Assembly (NCBI GenBank): GCA_043228905.1
Contig: JBHGNT010000240.1
Span: forward strand, 1 to 45,957
DNA: 45,957 bases
Direction of reading: 5' to 3'
From: Azolla caroliniana
Lineage: Eukaryota > Plantae > Polypodiophyta
A program made the translations under genes and the position numbers. Numbering within the stretch: position 1 is the stretch's first letter; each line of letters starts with the position of its first letter. Of the stretch, positions 23,483-35,693 are shown piece after piece. The notes beneath the pieces were generated by a model, which made no database searches, was not told where the DNA came from, and saw only the letters and a list, made by a program, of their open reading frames with translations.

Positions 23483-24045
23483 CTGGTCCCCATACATTTG
23501 AGTATATGATGTAGAGGAGGCCTTTGCTCGCATGGCTCTCCTTCGAGAATGGGAGTCTATGTTGTTTGCCGAATTGACACACTTCGCATACTCGATCAAC
23601 TCGTTTCAACTCAAATGTCGGTCGATGACGACTCCCTTGGTTTGCATCGCTTGAAGCCATTGGAGCTTTATGTGGCCGATTCTCTTGTGCCACAACTCGA
23701 TGCTTGTTTCGGTTTTGCGACCTTTGGCATACATGGCCGATTTCACCTCGTTAGAATTGAGGATGAACATGCAACCATCTCTCCGTCCCTTGGCTATGAG
23801 TCCGCCATCTTTCTCGATAAAACAACCTCCATTGTTGAAGCGGACTTGCATGCCTTGCTCCACGATTTGGCCGATCGAGACCAAATTCTTTGTTATTGTG
23901 GGCACGTGTAAGATATTCTTGATGCAAGTTTGCTCGCTTTCTTTCCCAAATGGGACATTGCCGATGTGCCAAATGGGATCTGTGGTGTCATCTCCCGTCT
24001 CTATGAAGTCGGGTCGCTCTGGTGTATGCAAGTCATTGAACCACT

Positions 24046-25478
24046 CTTTGTGGCATGTCATGTGATGTGAGGCGCCGAAATCGACGAACCACATGCCTTC
24101 CGAATTGGAGGTGCTTGCGGAGTCGGAGGCCTACATAGAGTTAGCTCTATGCCTCATTACCAATAGTCCTCCGTAATTGTCATATTCGGAGTTCGTTGCG
24201 TGATTCGTGAGTTGTCGACTTGTCGAAGCTGACTCACTTCTTCTTTTTCGGCACTCCTCGCGATGGTCGATTTTTCCGCAATAGTTGCATGTTGCGGGCC
24301 TCATTTTCCGACCTTGTTCGGCGTGGAAGCTCCCCCATCACTTGAAGGTTCCTTGATGGCTTCTGTGAAGGTTTGAGTTCCCTTCGTGTGATGGGCCGAA
24401 TTGGCCTCTTTTAGAGCCGTGACCTCCTCTGCCGCGACCTCGTCCTCGACCACCATCCAAACTTGAGAAGAACATTTGTCCTTACGACGTCTTCATCTTG
24501 GTTCGGACATGGTTCTCTTCGACCAATAACATTGATTGGAGGTCGAAGAACAAAGGAGGGTTTTCTCTCACCAAGATCGCCATCCTCAACAAGTCGAATC
24601 GTTGTGCGAGGCCGCCCAAGCATACTTGAACCATCTCGTCTTCGTCGACGTTTATTTTGATGGAGCCAAGCGAGTCGCAAATGCTCTTGATCTTGGCGGT
24701 GTAGTTCGACACGGACATGTCTTTTTACCGAATGTTGTTCAACTCTTGTTGGAGTTGAAGCTTTGTGGGATGTCATGTGATGTGAGGCACCGGAATCGAC
24801 GAACCAAATGTCTTCCGAATTGGAGGTGCTTGCGGAGTCGGAGGCTAACATAGAGTTCGCTCTATGCCTCATTACCAATAGTCCGCCGTAGTTGTCATAT
24901 TCGGAGTTGGTTGCGTAATTCGTGAGTTGTCGACTTGTCGAAGCTGACTCACTTCTTCTTTTTTGGCACTCCTGCTCGCGATGGCCGATTTTTCTGCATT
25001 AGTTGCAAGGTGCGGGCCTCATTTTCCGACCTTGTTCGGCATGGAAGCTCCCCCTTCATCCGAAGGTTCCTTGATGGCTTCCGTGAAGGTTTCGTTTCCC
25101 TTCATGTGATGGGCCGAATTGGCCTCTTCTACCGTCGTGACCTCCTCTGCCGCGACCTCGTCCTCGGCCACCATCCAAACGTGAGAAGAACATTTGTCCT
25201 TACGACGTCTTCATCTTGGTTCGGACATGGTTCTCTTCGACCAATAACATTGATTGGAGGTCAAAGAATGAAGGAGGGTTTTCTCTCGCCAAGATTGCCT
25301 TCTTGAACGAGTTGAATCGTTGTGCGAGGCCGTCCAAGCATACTTGAACCATCTTGTCTTCATCGACATTTATTTTGATAGAGCCAAGCGAATTGTAAAT
25401 GCTCTTGATCTTGGTGGTGTAGTCCAACACGGACATGTCTTTTTGTTGAATGTTGTTCAACTCTAGTCGGAGTTGAAG
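24046..25478. repeat. Tandem duplication of about 717 bp in copia gag/PR
   Basis: Units 24046-24760 and 24761-25478. CTTT microhomology at 24046, 24761 and 25479. Confidence 0.92.
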
Positions 25479-25949
25479 CTTTCGGGCGGTCGTGTTGGCG
25501 GTGAACATTTTCTTTAAGTTCTCCCACGCCTCTTTGGACGTCTTGGCGTCTCGAATGTTGCTAAGCATGTGGTCGTGGACACATAGAACCAAGCAATACA
25601 TGACTCGACTCGCCGCTTGCTCCCATATTGAGTAGTCGGCGTTCTTTGGGTCGGGTCGATTTTCTTGAGCGTCGTTGATGTAGCTCCAATACCCGTGGCC
25701 GATGAGGTATTGGGTCATCATTTATTCCCAAGATGAATAATTGCTCTGGTCTAGCTTTTCACTAGGGAGCGAGCTACCCATTTGCGTGTTCATGTTGATT
25801 GTAGTTTCTTCCGTTTTGCTTTTCTTCCTTCAATCACATACTCGTGCTACGTAGCGGCACTATGGTAGCGGATAGACGTATTTTGTCGTCAACGTCTTGA
25901 ATACACAATCACGAAGTCGGGTGGGCTTAGTGGATTTTCTAAACCACGC

Positions 25950-25961
25950 GCTCTTATACCA
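25950..25961 (-). other. PBS for initiator tRNA-Met (1 mismatch)
   Basis: TGGTATAAGAGC versus canonical TGGTATCAGAGC, abutting the LTR. Confidence 0.85.
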
Positions 25962-26053
25962 TGTTAAGAATTAGGTAAGTAATTAAGCAAGGGTTAATTA
26001 GTGCCTAATTATGTGATTAAGTTAAGCAGAAGATTAAGTGATATGTGTGTGTA

Positions 26054-26096
<43 letters not shown>

Positions 26097-26416
26097 TACA
26101 CTTATGAACAACCCAAGATGGGGGATGAATAACTATCTTAAATTAGCATTATCATCATCAAATACAAAAATACCTACAATGAGGTATATATAGATCTCAT
26201 GTGCAAGGGTGCACATCTGTGAGGATAATATAGGTACAAATGTGTAAGTCCTATATTAAATGTACTTGGGAGTGGATGATCTAGAATATCCCATTTAAGT
26301 ACAAGGTCCTATTTAAGGCGATATAGTCAACACTTCTAACTATATTCTATCTAGGTAAGTACGAAGTTACATGGTTGACTAAATAACTAAACTAAGTTGA
26401 GCTTCATCTCTCAACA
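25962..26416 (-). repeat. 5' LTR of copia element 4 (455 bp) with a (GT)n(GA)n tract
   Basis: Imperfect terminal inverted repeats TGTTGAGA...TCTTAACA on the minus strand, adjacent PBS, microsatellite at about 26044-26096. The outer boundary is inferred from the inverted repeat only. Confidence 0.75.
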
Positions 26417-26517
26417 AATATATATTACCAAAATAGGTTCCTTTTAATTTCTTAGTGTCCGACTACTACATACTATTATTACAATATCCCATGAGACAAC
26501 CAATAGTTGGCGTATTA

Positions 26518-26708
26518 TGTTACAGGCATGACCATATTATATCCCGTGGTGAGAATTTACCGTAGTATTCTATACACGTGGATAAGTGTGAGGGTTAAAC
26601 GAGAGTGTAAAGAAGGGGTGGATTGGCACCCTTCTTTCTCTCTCACCTTTCTTATTTCTTATATCTTATATCCTTATCATATGCTTACATTAGATCATAA
26701 CTCTAACA
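26518..26708. mobile_element. Short solo LTR (191 bp)
   Basis: Ends TGTTACAG...CTCTAACA (7/8 inverted match), with a perfect 5-bp TSD TATTA at 26513-26517 and 26709-26713. Confidence 0.75.
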
Positions 26709-27094
26709 TATTATAGGATAGCACCTTGGCACAAATGAACGAAAACAAAAGAGGAACAAAATTATTGAGCCATCAAGGTTTACTAAGTATTTAGAAATCA
26801 TTATTAGATGAGGAGACATCAAGGCAAGTGAAGTTATTAGCTAGGTAGTAGGAGCCACACGATCCATGGTTATGTTTTGTTCATCAAAATTAGCCTCAAA
26901 AAGTAATTCGGCCGCTAGATACTAGTTGCTCTTGTCCAACAAACCCAATAGTTCCACTCCACACATAACTATCTATTGATTTTGCAAAGACGTTTGGTGA
27001 ACCCAATGTAAACAAGCAACATGGAATAATGACTCAACAAGAAAAAATCTTATCTGTGATGGCACTTGTAGAACACATTCCACAAGTGAGGCAA

Positions 27095-27213
27095 CCAAGC
27101 CAACATGGGGAAGGTCTTCAACAAGTTTGTAAAGATGGGAAATCAATTTGAGGGAAAAATCTCACCAAGTTCCTCGAGGTCTATAACAAGAAGATGCAAC
27201 TAAGAGGCATATG
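27095..27213 (+). pseudogene. Ancient gag relic related to element 1 (left half)
   Basis: Translates (with one frameshift) as GNQFEGK-NLTKFLEVYNKKMQLRGI, compared with element 1 EGQFDGRNVTKFLDAYKREMNQRDV. Confidence 0.7.
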
Positions 27214-27612
27214 TGTAATAACCAAGATCATTAATCCTAAAATAAAGACATAAATGACACAATCATACTGAAAATACGCGTTACCACCCATCTGGCCCCG
27301 CGTCAAAGTCGACAACGCAGACGAGGAATCCCGATCTGTCCCATACCAGCCAAGATCTCCACGTCAGGACCTTGGTAGATGACTAGTCCACATTAAAGAG
27401 AGCTTCGTCAGAACCACTCATGGGGCTCCCCCTGACTAAGGAGAGTATACCCTATTTATAGGACCTAGGCCATGTAATGACATCTACCTCACCAATCATG
27501 TGTGGGGTACCCAATGACACACATTACGTCAATCCAATAAAGCCGATGACTCGGATATTGCAGTATGATAGCCCCCAAATAAGCACGTCTAAACCAATGA
27601 AGAGACATTACA
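27214..27612 (-). repeat. 3' LTR of element 5
   Basis: TGTAAT...ATTACA ends; about 22 substitutions plus a 4-bp indel against its partner (counted by eye). Confidence 0.93.
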
Positions 27613-27639
27613 CAAACATTTTCCTAACTTCCCATTGCA

Positions 27640-30600
27640 AGAGTGCAATTAAACAGAGGGGGGGAGTATCCAAAGTATGCGAATCAAACAAAACATCAAT
27701 AGGAGGACGTGGCGTATAACCATACATCAACTTGAACAGACTGTATTTTGTTGATGTATGCTTAGCCCTGTTGTAGGCAAATTCCACCATAGGAAGGTAA
27801 GTCTCTCATAATGAGGGTTTTTGCGCTACATATGCTCTCAACATATCCTCTAATATCTTATTCACTCTCTCAGTCTACCCATCTGATTGAGGATGATCAA
27901 AAGAACTGAGACTCAAGGTTGTTTGCAGTTTCTGCATAACTTCTGACCAAAATGTACTTGTAAACTTGGAGTCTTGATCACTTACAATCTCCATCGGTAG
28001 ACCATATAAGGTATAAAGATGTTTAATAAACTTAATAGCCAATTTCCTTGTGGTAATTGTGGATTTTGTTGGAATGAATCTTGCCATCTTGGTAAGCCGA
28101 TCAACAACCACCCAAATGGCATTATTTCCCTTAGTGGAACGGGGCAATATAACTATGAAATCCATGGATATACTTTGCCAATTTTCAGCTGGAATATCGA
28201 GAGGTTACAATAAGCCAGCTTTTTTTTGTCGCTCGGCCTTAATGACCTGACATTATGGACAACGTATAACGTAGGACTCTACCTCAGGTTTGAGAGAGGA
28301 AGTATTGCATCAACTCTACCCATCTTGCCTTTCGACTCTAAAAATTCTTTTGAGAGAGGAAGTATTGCAAGGATTTGTGGTCCATTAAAACAGTGAATTT
28401 ACTACCATACAAATAATGTCACCATTTCTTTAAGGCATAAATGATAGCAAGTAAAAAAAAATTTTGAACCAAGTAATTTCATTGGGCCGAATCCAACTTT
28501 TTGATTTCAAAAACAATTGGTCTCCCAATTTGAAATAATGCAGCCCTAATAGCATAATCACTTGCATCTGTCTCAACTTCAAATGTTTGATTAAGATCAG
28601 GTATAGCTAAAGTAGGTGCATTCACAATTAATGACTTCAACTTATTGAAGGTTTCTTCAAGAGAGGCATTCCACTCAATAGGTTTAGTGGACTTTCTTGT
28701 AATACCCTTCAATAGGTCCGTAAATGGTGCAGTGTAGGATGAATACTTTTGAAGAGATCTTCTTAGGAATCCAACAAATCCTAAGAAAGATCATAGCTCC
28801 TTAACATTTGAAGGTCGTGGCCAATTTAATATTGCTTCTATCTTAGTCTTCTTAGGAATCCAACAAATCCTAAGAAAGATCGTAGCTCCTTAACATTTGA
28901 AGGTCGTGGCCAATTTAATACTGCTTCTATCTTAGATTTATCGATAGAAACACCTGACCTAGATATGTGGTGTCCAAGATATGTAACATCCTTTTGAAAG
29001 AAATCACATTTAGATAGTTTGGCAAATAGCTTGTATTCACGAAGCTTATCCAAAACTATTCAAACATGACACACATGATCCTCAAATGTGTTACTATATA
29101 CCATGATGTCATCAAGGAATACGACCACGAAAACACGTAGCTGACCTCTCAATATATCATTCATCAATTGCTGGAATGTGGTTGGAGAATTAGTAAACCC
29201 AAATGGTAGAACCCGAAACTCATAATGACCATAACGAGTTTGGAAAGTTGTTTTGGAAACATCTTCTTCCAAAACCCTGATCTAATGATAGCCAGTACAC
29301 AAGTCTATCGTAGTAAAATATCTTGCACTTTGGAGTCTATCTATCAAGTCATTAGAACGAGGCAAAGGGTAGGAATTGCGAATGGTGAGTTTATTCAAAC
29401 CCTTGTAATTTACACACATTCACCAAGTTCCATCCTTCTTCTTAGCCAAGATGACGGGAGCTCCCCATGGCGATTTGATGTACCGGATGTGTCCCATCCT
29501 CAAGTACTCCTTGATTTGTCGGGCAATTTCATCCTCTTCGGTTCGACTCAACCGATAAGGGGGTATGCTCACAAGTTTAGCGCCTGGAACCAAGTTTATC
29601 TTATGATCTATAGACCGAGAAGGAAGCAATCCTTGAGGTAATTTATCCGGAAATAAGTCCTTAAAATGCGACAATATGTCACGTAGAGCATCTTTCTCAA
29701 AATCATCCAATGAACTCTTATCTACAAATTGATACAGAGGATCATTGGGTTGTAATATACACACATAAAATTGTGCATCGACATTTCGATCATAAGTATA
29801 AAGATGATTAACATGCATTAAATTGTTTATCGCAGTTCCATTAATAAAAACTTGTTGGTTGTTATTTTCGTCAAAAGAAATAGTATGATTCAAGCAATCG
29901 ATATCAAGATTATGTCTATTATAAAACCATATGTAAGCAAGAACTACATCTATCGTTCGTAAACGCATTACATGAAAAGTCAACTTTTCAGTGTAGTTAT
30001 TTACTACTAGGGGTACACCATGTGCAATTAATGAATGCCTTTGGACATGGCCTCCCGCAGTAAGGACTTTATAGTCGTGGTCACTTTTGGTTGTTTTTAT
30101 TCGTAACATCTGCACCATATTAGAGTCAAGAAAATTATGAGTGCTCCCACAGTGAAATAGTATAGTTACACTTTGATTGTGGATAGTCCCATAAGTTTTA
30201 AGTAAATCGTGTGGTCCAAGAATATTTTTTTATAATGCAATATTACTAACGGAATTCAAATAATTCAAGAACATACTTGGATTATTGGAAGTTGATGGCT
30301 TTCTTTGCGGATTGTTTGAGTTATTGCTCTCCTTTCTCTGCCTACACTTGTTGGCTTTATGCGCAAGCTTCTTACAAAAGTTGCAGATTATTACCCGCCT
30401 TTCGCATTGTTGCTTTGACCTATCGGAGAAGGTTGGTATCTACGCTTACCGCTTTCTCCTTCCGATTCTTTTGCTTGGTCACAAGCTTTTGTGTCAAATA
30501 GAATGCGGGCACGTTCCATCGCTTCTCCCAAAGTCTTGGGTTGATGAGCATGGATCTCATAATGAAAATCTTTATTATGGAAACTATTAATATATAATCC

Positions 30601-31341
30601 TATCGGCATTTCCTCATTAGAAGCCGACAAAAGCCCATGGTTTGTTATCAAGTCACGGAAATACTAATTGAATTGGTCAATAGTCATGCCCTTATCAGAC
30701 AAGTGACACATATCTTGTATCACTTGAGAAGTCGTCTTAGGATAGACAAATTCCATCCTAAGAGTCTTTTCAAATGTCTCCCACGTTCCTGGTTTTTTAT
30801 CCAACCGCTCCCACCAAGAGTTTGCGGCACCGATCATCTCACGATCCGCCATATCGATCTTTTCAGAGTCATTCTGAATATTCTTGAGGCGAAAGTGAGC
30901 ATTCCATCGGTTTATCCAACTGCTCACAAACTCGTGGTTGCGTTGGTTATCCCTTCTTGAGAACTGTTGAGGAGTAAATGAAGGCTTCTTCGTATTGCTT
31001 GATGTGGAAGTGTGTGCCTTTAACTCCAAAATTTGTTGTTAAAGGTTTTCAAATTGATGCCTATTGGCATCAAGAAGCCCTTCAAGTTTAGAGGAGAACG
31101 CAAGTGTGACCATTGTCATTGACTTGAAAATATCGTCTTACGTTTTACGGAAATCATCCCTCGTGACAAATTCGATATTGTCGTTAATATCCTCGTCACG
31201 AACCGGAGATATTGATCGATCGTCCTCATCTCGCATCGGAGAAATTGGATGACCTTGATGGGTGGGAGATGTGGGATGTGTCAAAAAACTTCGTTGGTTG
31301 GGAGATGTGTGATGTGCGGAATTGCGAGAGGAAGAAGCCAT
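27640..31341 (-). pseudogene. gag-pol: Element 5 gag-pol, decayed
   Basis: SPWGAPVILAKKKDG, HYEFRVLPFG, VFLDDI, VETDASDYAI, MDFIVILP, SDQDSKFTS and DHPQSDG. The integrase C-terminus is missing. Confidence 0.88.
28758..28935. repeat. 89-bp tandem duplication in the element 5 RT thumb
   Basis: Units 28758-28846 and 28847-28935, with 2 mismatches. Confidence 0.9.
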
Positions 31342-32808
31342 GAAAAATAAGGAGAGTTGAGAGAGTAAAGAAATAAGTATACTAAAGTCTCCAGTACTAA
31401 AGTGTTATAAAAGACTTTAGAATTTGGATGAGGAAATTAAGAGTGATAGATCATGAGAGAATGGGTATACTTATATACCCAATTTTCTTAAGTCGGTGAG
31501 TAATAAAGATTCCCCTAGATATGTCCAATTTAGGCATTTATCCTCGTTTCATCTATAGGGATTCCTAGATTAGACATTAGGAGCAATACCTTCCCTTTTA
31601 GGAAGTCGGTGAGGAGTAGTCGGTCACCACCTCTCTAAGGTTAATCTCTTGAATGCTTCCAAACTAGGAAATTCTCCCTTTTTAGTTAGGAGAATTCCTA
31701 GTCTAGATTTTAGAGATAAACATCCCCCCAACATCCCCTCTTTGGAAGTCGGTGGGGATAATAGGTGACTTCCTTGAGAATCATTGTACTATCCAAACAA
31801 TGATGATGGTCATCCCAATAATGATGATCTCTTCACTCATCATCCCCATATTCCTCCTATCCATCTCATACTCATGATCCCCTCTCAAACATTAATTTCT
31901 TCTCTTATCTCTCTACTTCGTATCGATTAATAAATGATGATGATCTTATCCATATAATTATATTATCATCCTTATAATCAACCATTTAAGCATCCATATA
32001 ATCCATCCATAAACACTAATGATTTATGGTTTATCCATTCATCATTACGTAATTAACACGCACCCATGGTGATGGATGATTATGGCCATTCAAATAAACC
32101 TTAGGGTCGATGATCAATTGATTATTGACATTCAACGATCATCACCCTAGTTCTTTCGGCCAATAATAAAATTGATTAACAATGAACATTATCCATAAAT
32201 ATGGTGATCATCAATTAATTCATCGAAAATTAAATGATCAAGCATCACCTATAGTATATTAGGTGGCCGACCTCTACAGATTCGATTTCCACATGTAAGG
32301 CCGCCTCATGGCATGGCTATCACATCAAGACGGGTATACAAAAAATAAAATATAAGTATATTTAAGGTGCTTTTATTTTAATAAATATATATTAAATATC
32401 TTAACGTAAAACAAACACATAATAATAATAACAATAATTCTATGAAACCTTCTTCTTCTTCTTTTAAACCCCTTCATTTTCTTTTTGTGCATCAGCGGAT
32501 CAAACTCCAAGCCTTTTCTTTTAAGGTTATAACAAGGATCTACTAACCAACCCATCACACAAATCTCGTTATGATAAGGTCTATGTCAAAACCTTAATAT
32601 ATTTATTATACATAACCCCCTACAATAAACCGCACATCAACACATCACCCCCACACGGAATCTCCGTGGCGTTTTCGACACTTCCCCAATACATCATTAA
32701 ACATACATTAGTACATAATAAAAAAATCATATTTTCCCGTACTAAGGCACACAACGCAAATCCAATCAAACATTATATTTTTAGGATTAAAACCGCTCTG
32801 ATACCATA

Positions 32809-33203
32809 TGTAATAACCAAGATCATTAATCCTAAAATAAAGACATAAATAACACAATCATACTGAAAATACGCATTACCACCCATCCGCCCCCGCGCCA
32901 AAGTCAACAACGCAGATGAGGAATCCCGATCTGTCCCATACCAGCCAAGATCTCCACGTCAGGACCTTGGCAAAGGACTAATCCACATTAAAGAGAGCTT
33001 CATCAGAACCACTCATGGGGCTCCCCCCGACTAAGGAGAGTATACCTTATTTATAGGACCTAGGCCATGTAATGATATCTACCTCACCAATCATGTGTGG
33101 GGTACCCAATGACATACATTAGGTCAGTCCAATAAAGCCGACGACTCAGATATTACAATATGATAGCCCCCAAATAAGCACGTCTAAACCAATGAACATT
33201 ACA
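32809..33203 (-). repeat. 5' LTR of element 5
   Basis: Direct repeat of 27214-27612; Met PBS 2 nt downstream on the minus strand. Confidence 0.93.
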
Positions 33204-33390
33204 ATATGAGAGGCTAGACAATTACATTTTTTAGTTGCATGGTCATGAACACTCTTCATTATTAAATTGAAGTGCTATAAGTCAACCATGGTTCTTGAGA
33301 GGATTTTGAGCCAACGTTGCTCAAGGACTTCATCGTTGATGGTACCAGGTCAAACGACTCAATACGATTTTTTAAGTGAGTAAAGCTAAG
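33204..33390 (+). pseudogene. Ancient gag relic related to element 1 (right half)
   Basis: EARQL...EDFEPTLLKDFIVDG...YDFLK*V, compared with element 1 EARQI...SEFEKTILAEFVTED...HALMKWI. Confidence 0.65.
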
Positions 33391-35458
33391 GGAAGGGAAA
33401 TGGTTGTGCCACCACAATATTGGGCTTGTGACAAACTAGGCTATAATGAAACATACATGCAACCATTTTAGGAAACAAACAATGATTAATTGAGATCATC
33501 CAAACAATGGGTTCAACTTCTCGTAGATTCCAATTTGGGGAGGCAACTTGACCATGAATCTAATTAATGGTCATTAATACACCAAGAAGCTATCACACAA
33601 TGATGTCCATCTGAAAAAGCAATGTGGATTGAAACAAAAGGTCATTCTTAATGGTTCCAAGGACCTCATTGAGATCAAATTAAGTTTTATCAAAGTTTAT
33701 TGTCAAATCAAAGCATCATCATTCTCCATGAAGAACGAAATGAAGATGAGAATGGAGAGAAGACGATAAGGAACATAAGGAATATGATAAGGGAGAAGGA
33801 AAGAAAGAAGAAAAGAAAGAGGCAAAATACGAAGAGCAATGCTAGCAACCAACTTACTTTAAAATGGGACAAGGGTAATCGAAGAGCAAGGCATTTGGTA
33901 GATTGTCGAAGCCAAAGATGGCTTCAAGACCTTGAGATTGGTTATGATCTTGACCAATACAAAAGAGAAGAATGAGAAAGAATATAAAAAGGCCAAGAAA
34001 GAATATAGGAAACTCAAAGAGAAACTGGGAGTCCAACTCTTAATGCAACCCAAGCAAATCCATATGAACACTAGTGGAAGAGCTAGAAGTTTCTAGGATT
34101 AGTATTAGTTCAGGAATTTCCACATAACATCTTGCATTACTTAGGTAATTTTGGTCATTTTCGCATAACATCTTGCATTAGTTTAGTAATTTTCACAAGA
34201 AGCGTGATATGCTTCAAGAATTTATAGTGATTGCCATTATTAAATGCTTCACAAGAAGATTCAATTAGAGCATTGCAATGTGTAGTTACTGAGACAATTA
34301 CATTTGAAGTGGAGATTACATTGCAAATATGTGCCTTCTCATCACTCGATGTGAACAAGCACAACCATCAACATTCATTCATATAATGATTCAACATTCA
34401 AAAATGTGTCATAACTCATAAAAGCATCATTTTCTACCATGGAAAGCTACACTACATTGCATTTGAAAAGAAAGTAAAGTAGAGGGTAACTTGTAGTACA
34501 CAATCAAATCACAATTCATAAGGTTAACAACATTCATGGACCACCATGTTTAAAGACTATTTTATAATGAATAACATAGTAATAAATGCGTCTAATTTAA
34601 ATGTATGCAATTGGCTTAATTCTACATATAATTCACCATAGAGGACAAGTTAGACCCATGATAACTATTGCTAATTGCCTAGTATCATCAAAATCCATAT
34701 TCAACCTCATTATCAATGTTCCTCCAATAGAAAATAAACAATTATTTTTTTGTTAAAACTCAATACAAACTTCCCATCATTCTCACGAGTTAGGAAATAG
34801 TTTCTTAAAGAGATTCTTAAAGCTCACAATAAAATGGTAAAGAGAGATCGACTGTAAAGCTGGCAAATATAGGTAACACATGCAAACACAAAATGAAGGA
34901 CCAAAGATGGGTAAATTGAGTTGTGATATCATCATGGACAAACATAGATGACCATCACCATTTAAGGGTATCATTTTCACAATACATTTTTGTTTTCTCT
35001 AATTACAGCCTGTGTATGACATCGATGCTAAATCCTTACGTCTCATTCACATGAGATCCTTAAAACTTTCACTCCAAGGCACGAATAATAACATCTATTT
35101 TTATCAGACTTTTATTGCAACACATTAGAGAGGAACTTATAACCTTGATTTCCGGTCTTTCAAATATAATTTTGTATAAATAACCTTAGAGAGGTTACAA
35201 ATGTGTTGACTCGAAATGAGAATTACACAAAAGTTAAAACTATAGACATTTCTAACTAATTTCTTGTTAAAGAAAACCATTACATTGGAAGCATGGACGG
35301 TCTTTTATCATCTTGTTCAGCATACAATTGTTAGCACATGTTCTTTGGCCAAAACCCAATGTCGTAAAGGAGGCTTACTGCCCAACCTTATGAATCTAAC
35401 AAAAGCATTTAATCAAGCCCAACACCTCGTTGTCATATGACTATGAAGTTAAGTACCA

Positions 35459-35693
35459 TTAACCACAAGGTGCAAGTTTTGAGTTGCCAGAACCTCGAGG
35501 ATTTTCATCTTTCCAATCATCCCAAGCTCTTGCCTTGTACTCAGCTGCCTCATTATCACTGTCATCATTTTTCAATGGTTCATTTGCCCAAGAGGAATTG
35601 GCCTCTTCTTGAAGCTTTGCATTTCTTTCCATCCACTTATTCATTATTTCCATCTCTTTTAAACCTGCTTCTTCAATACTCATGGTAGGCAAT
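35459..35693 (-). CDS. TAP46: TAP46 coding exon 9 (last)
   Basis: LPTMSIEEAG...WDDWKDENPRGSGNSKLAPCG*; acceptor TTTGTAG. Confidence 0.95.

Larger units (their letters stand above)
22504..25782 (-). pseudogene. Copia gag-protease-integrase, decayed and interrupted
   Basis: gag (MGSSLPSEKL..., GHGYWSYI, AWENLKKMF); PR WFVDSGASHHMT; pre-integrase LWHKRIGH...CEVCQFGKQ; core LRSDGGNEY and TPQQNRVAKRKNR. Confidence 0.88.
12208..26416 (-). mobile_element. Element 4: old Ty1/copia host element (5' LTR, PBS, gag, PR, INT); RT, RH and 3' LTR would lie left of the window
   Basis: 5' LTR 25962-26416, PBS TGGTATAAGAGC, order gag-PR-INT. The integrase is split by element 3 and resumes at 12646-12208. Confidence 0.88.
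27214..33203 (-). mobile_element. Element 5: internally deleted Ty3/gypsy (chromovirus-type RT, Met PBS)
   Basis: LTRs 27214-27612 and 32809-33203; perfect TSD ATATG (27209-27213 and 33204-33208); PBS TGGTATCAGAGC at 32806-32795; fragments of gag, PR, RT (FLDD), RH and INT. Confidence 0.93.

Noticed and set aside
32488-32560. Third tRNA-like cassette in the element 5 leader (GGGTTGGTTAG...GAGTTTGATCC on the minus strand)
   Set aside because: Both boxes deviate from consensus and the spacing is looser. Too weak without family alignments.
33700-34071. Lys/Glu-rich ORFs
   Set aside because: Low-complexity and broken by stops. Probably an old TE remnant, but not identifiable.
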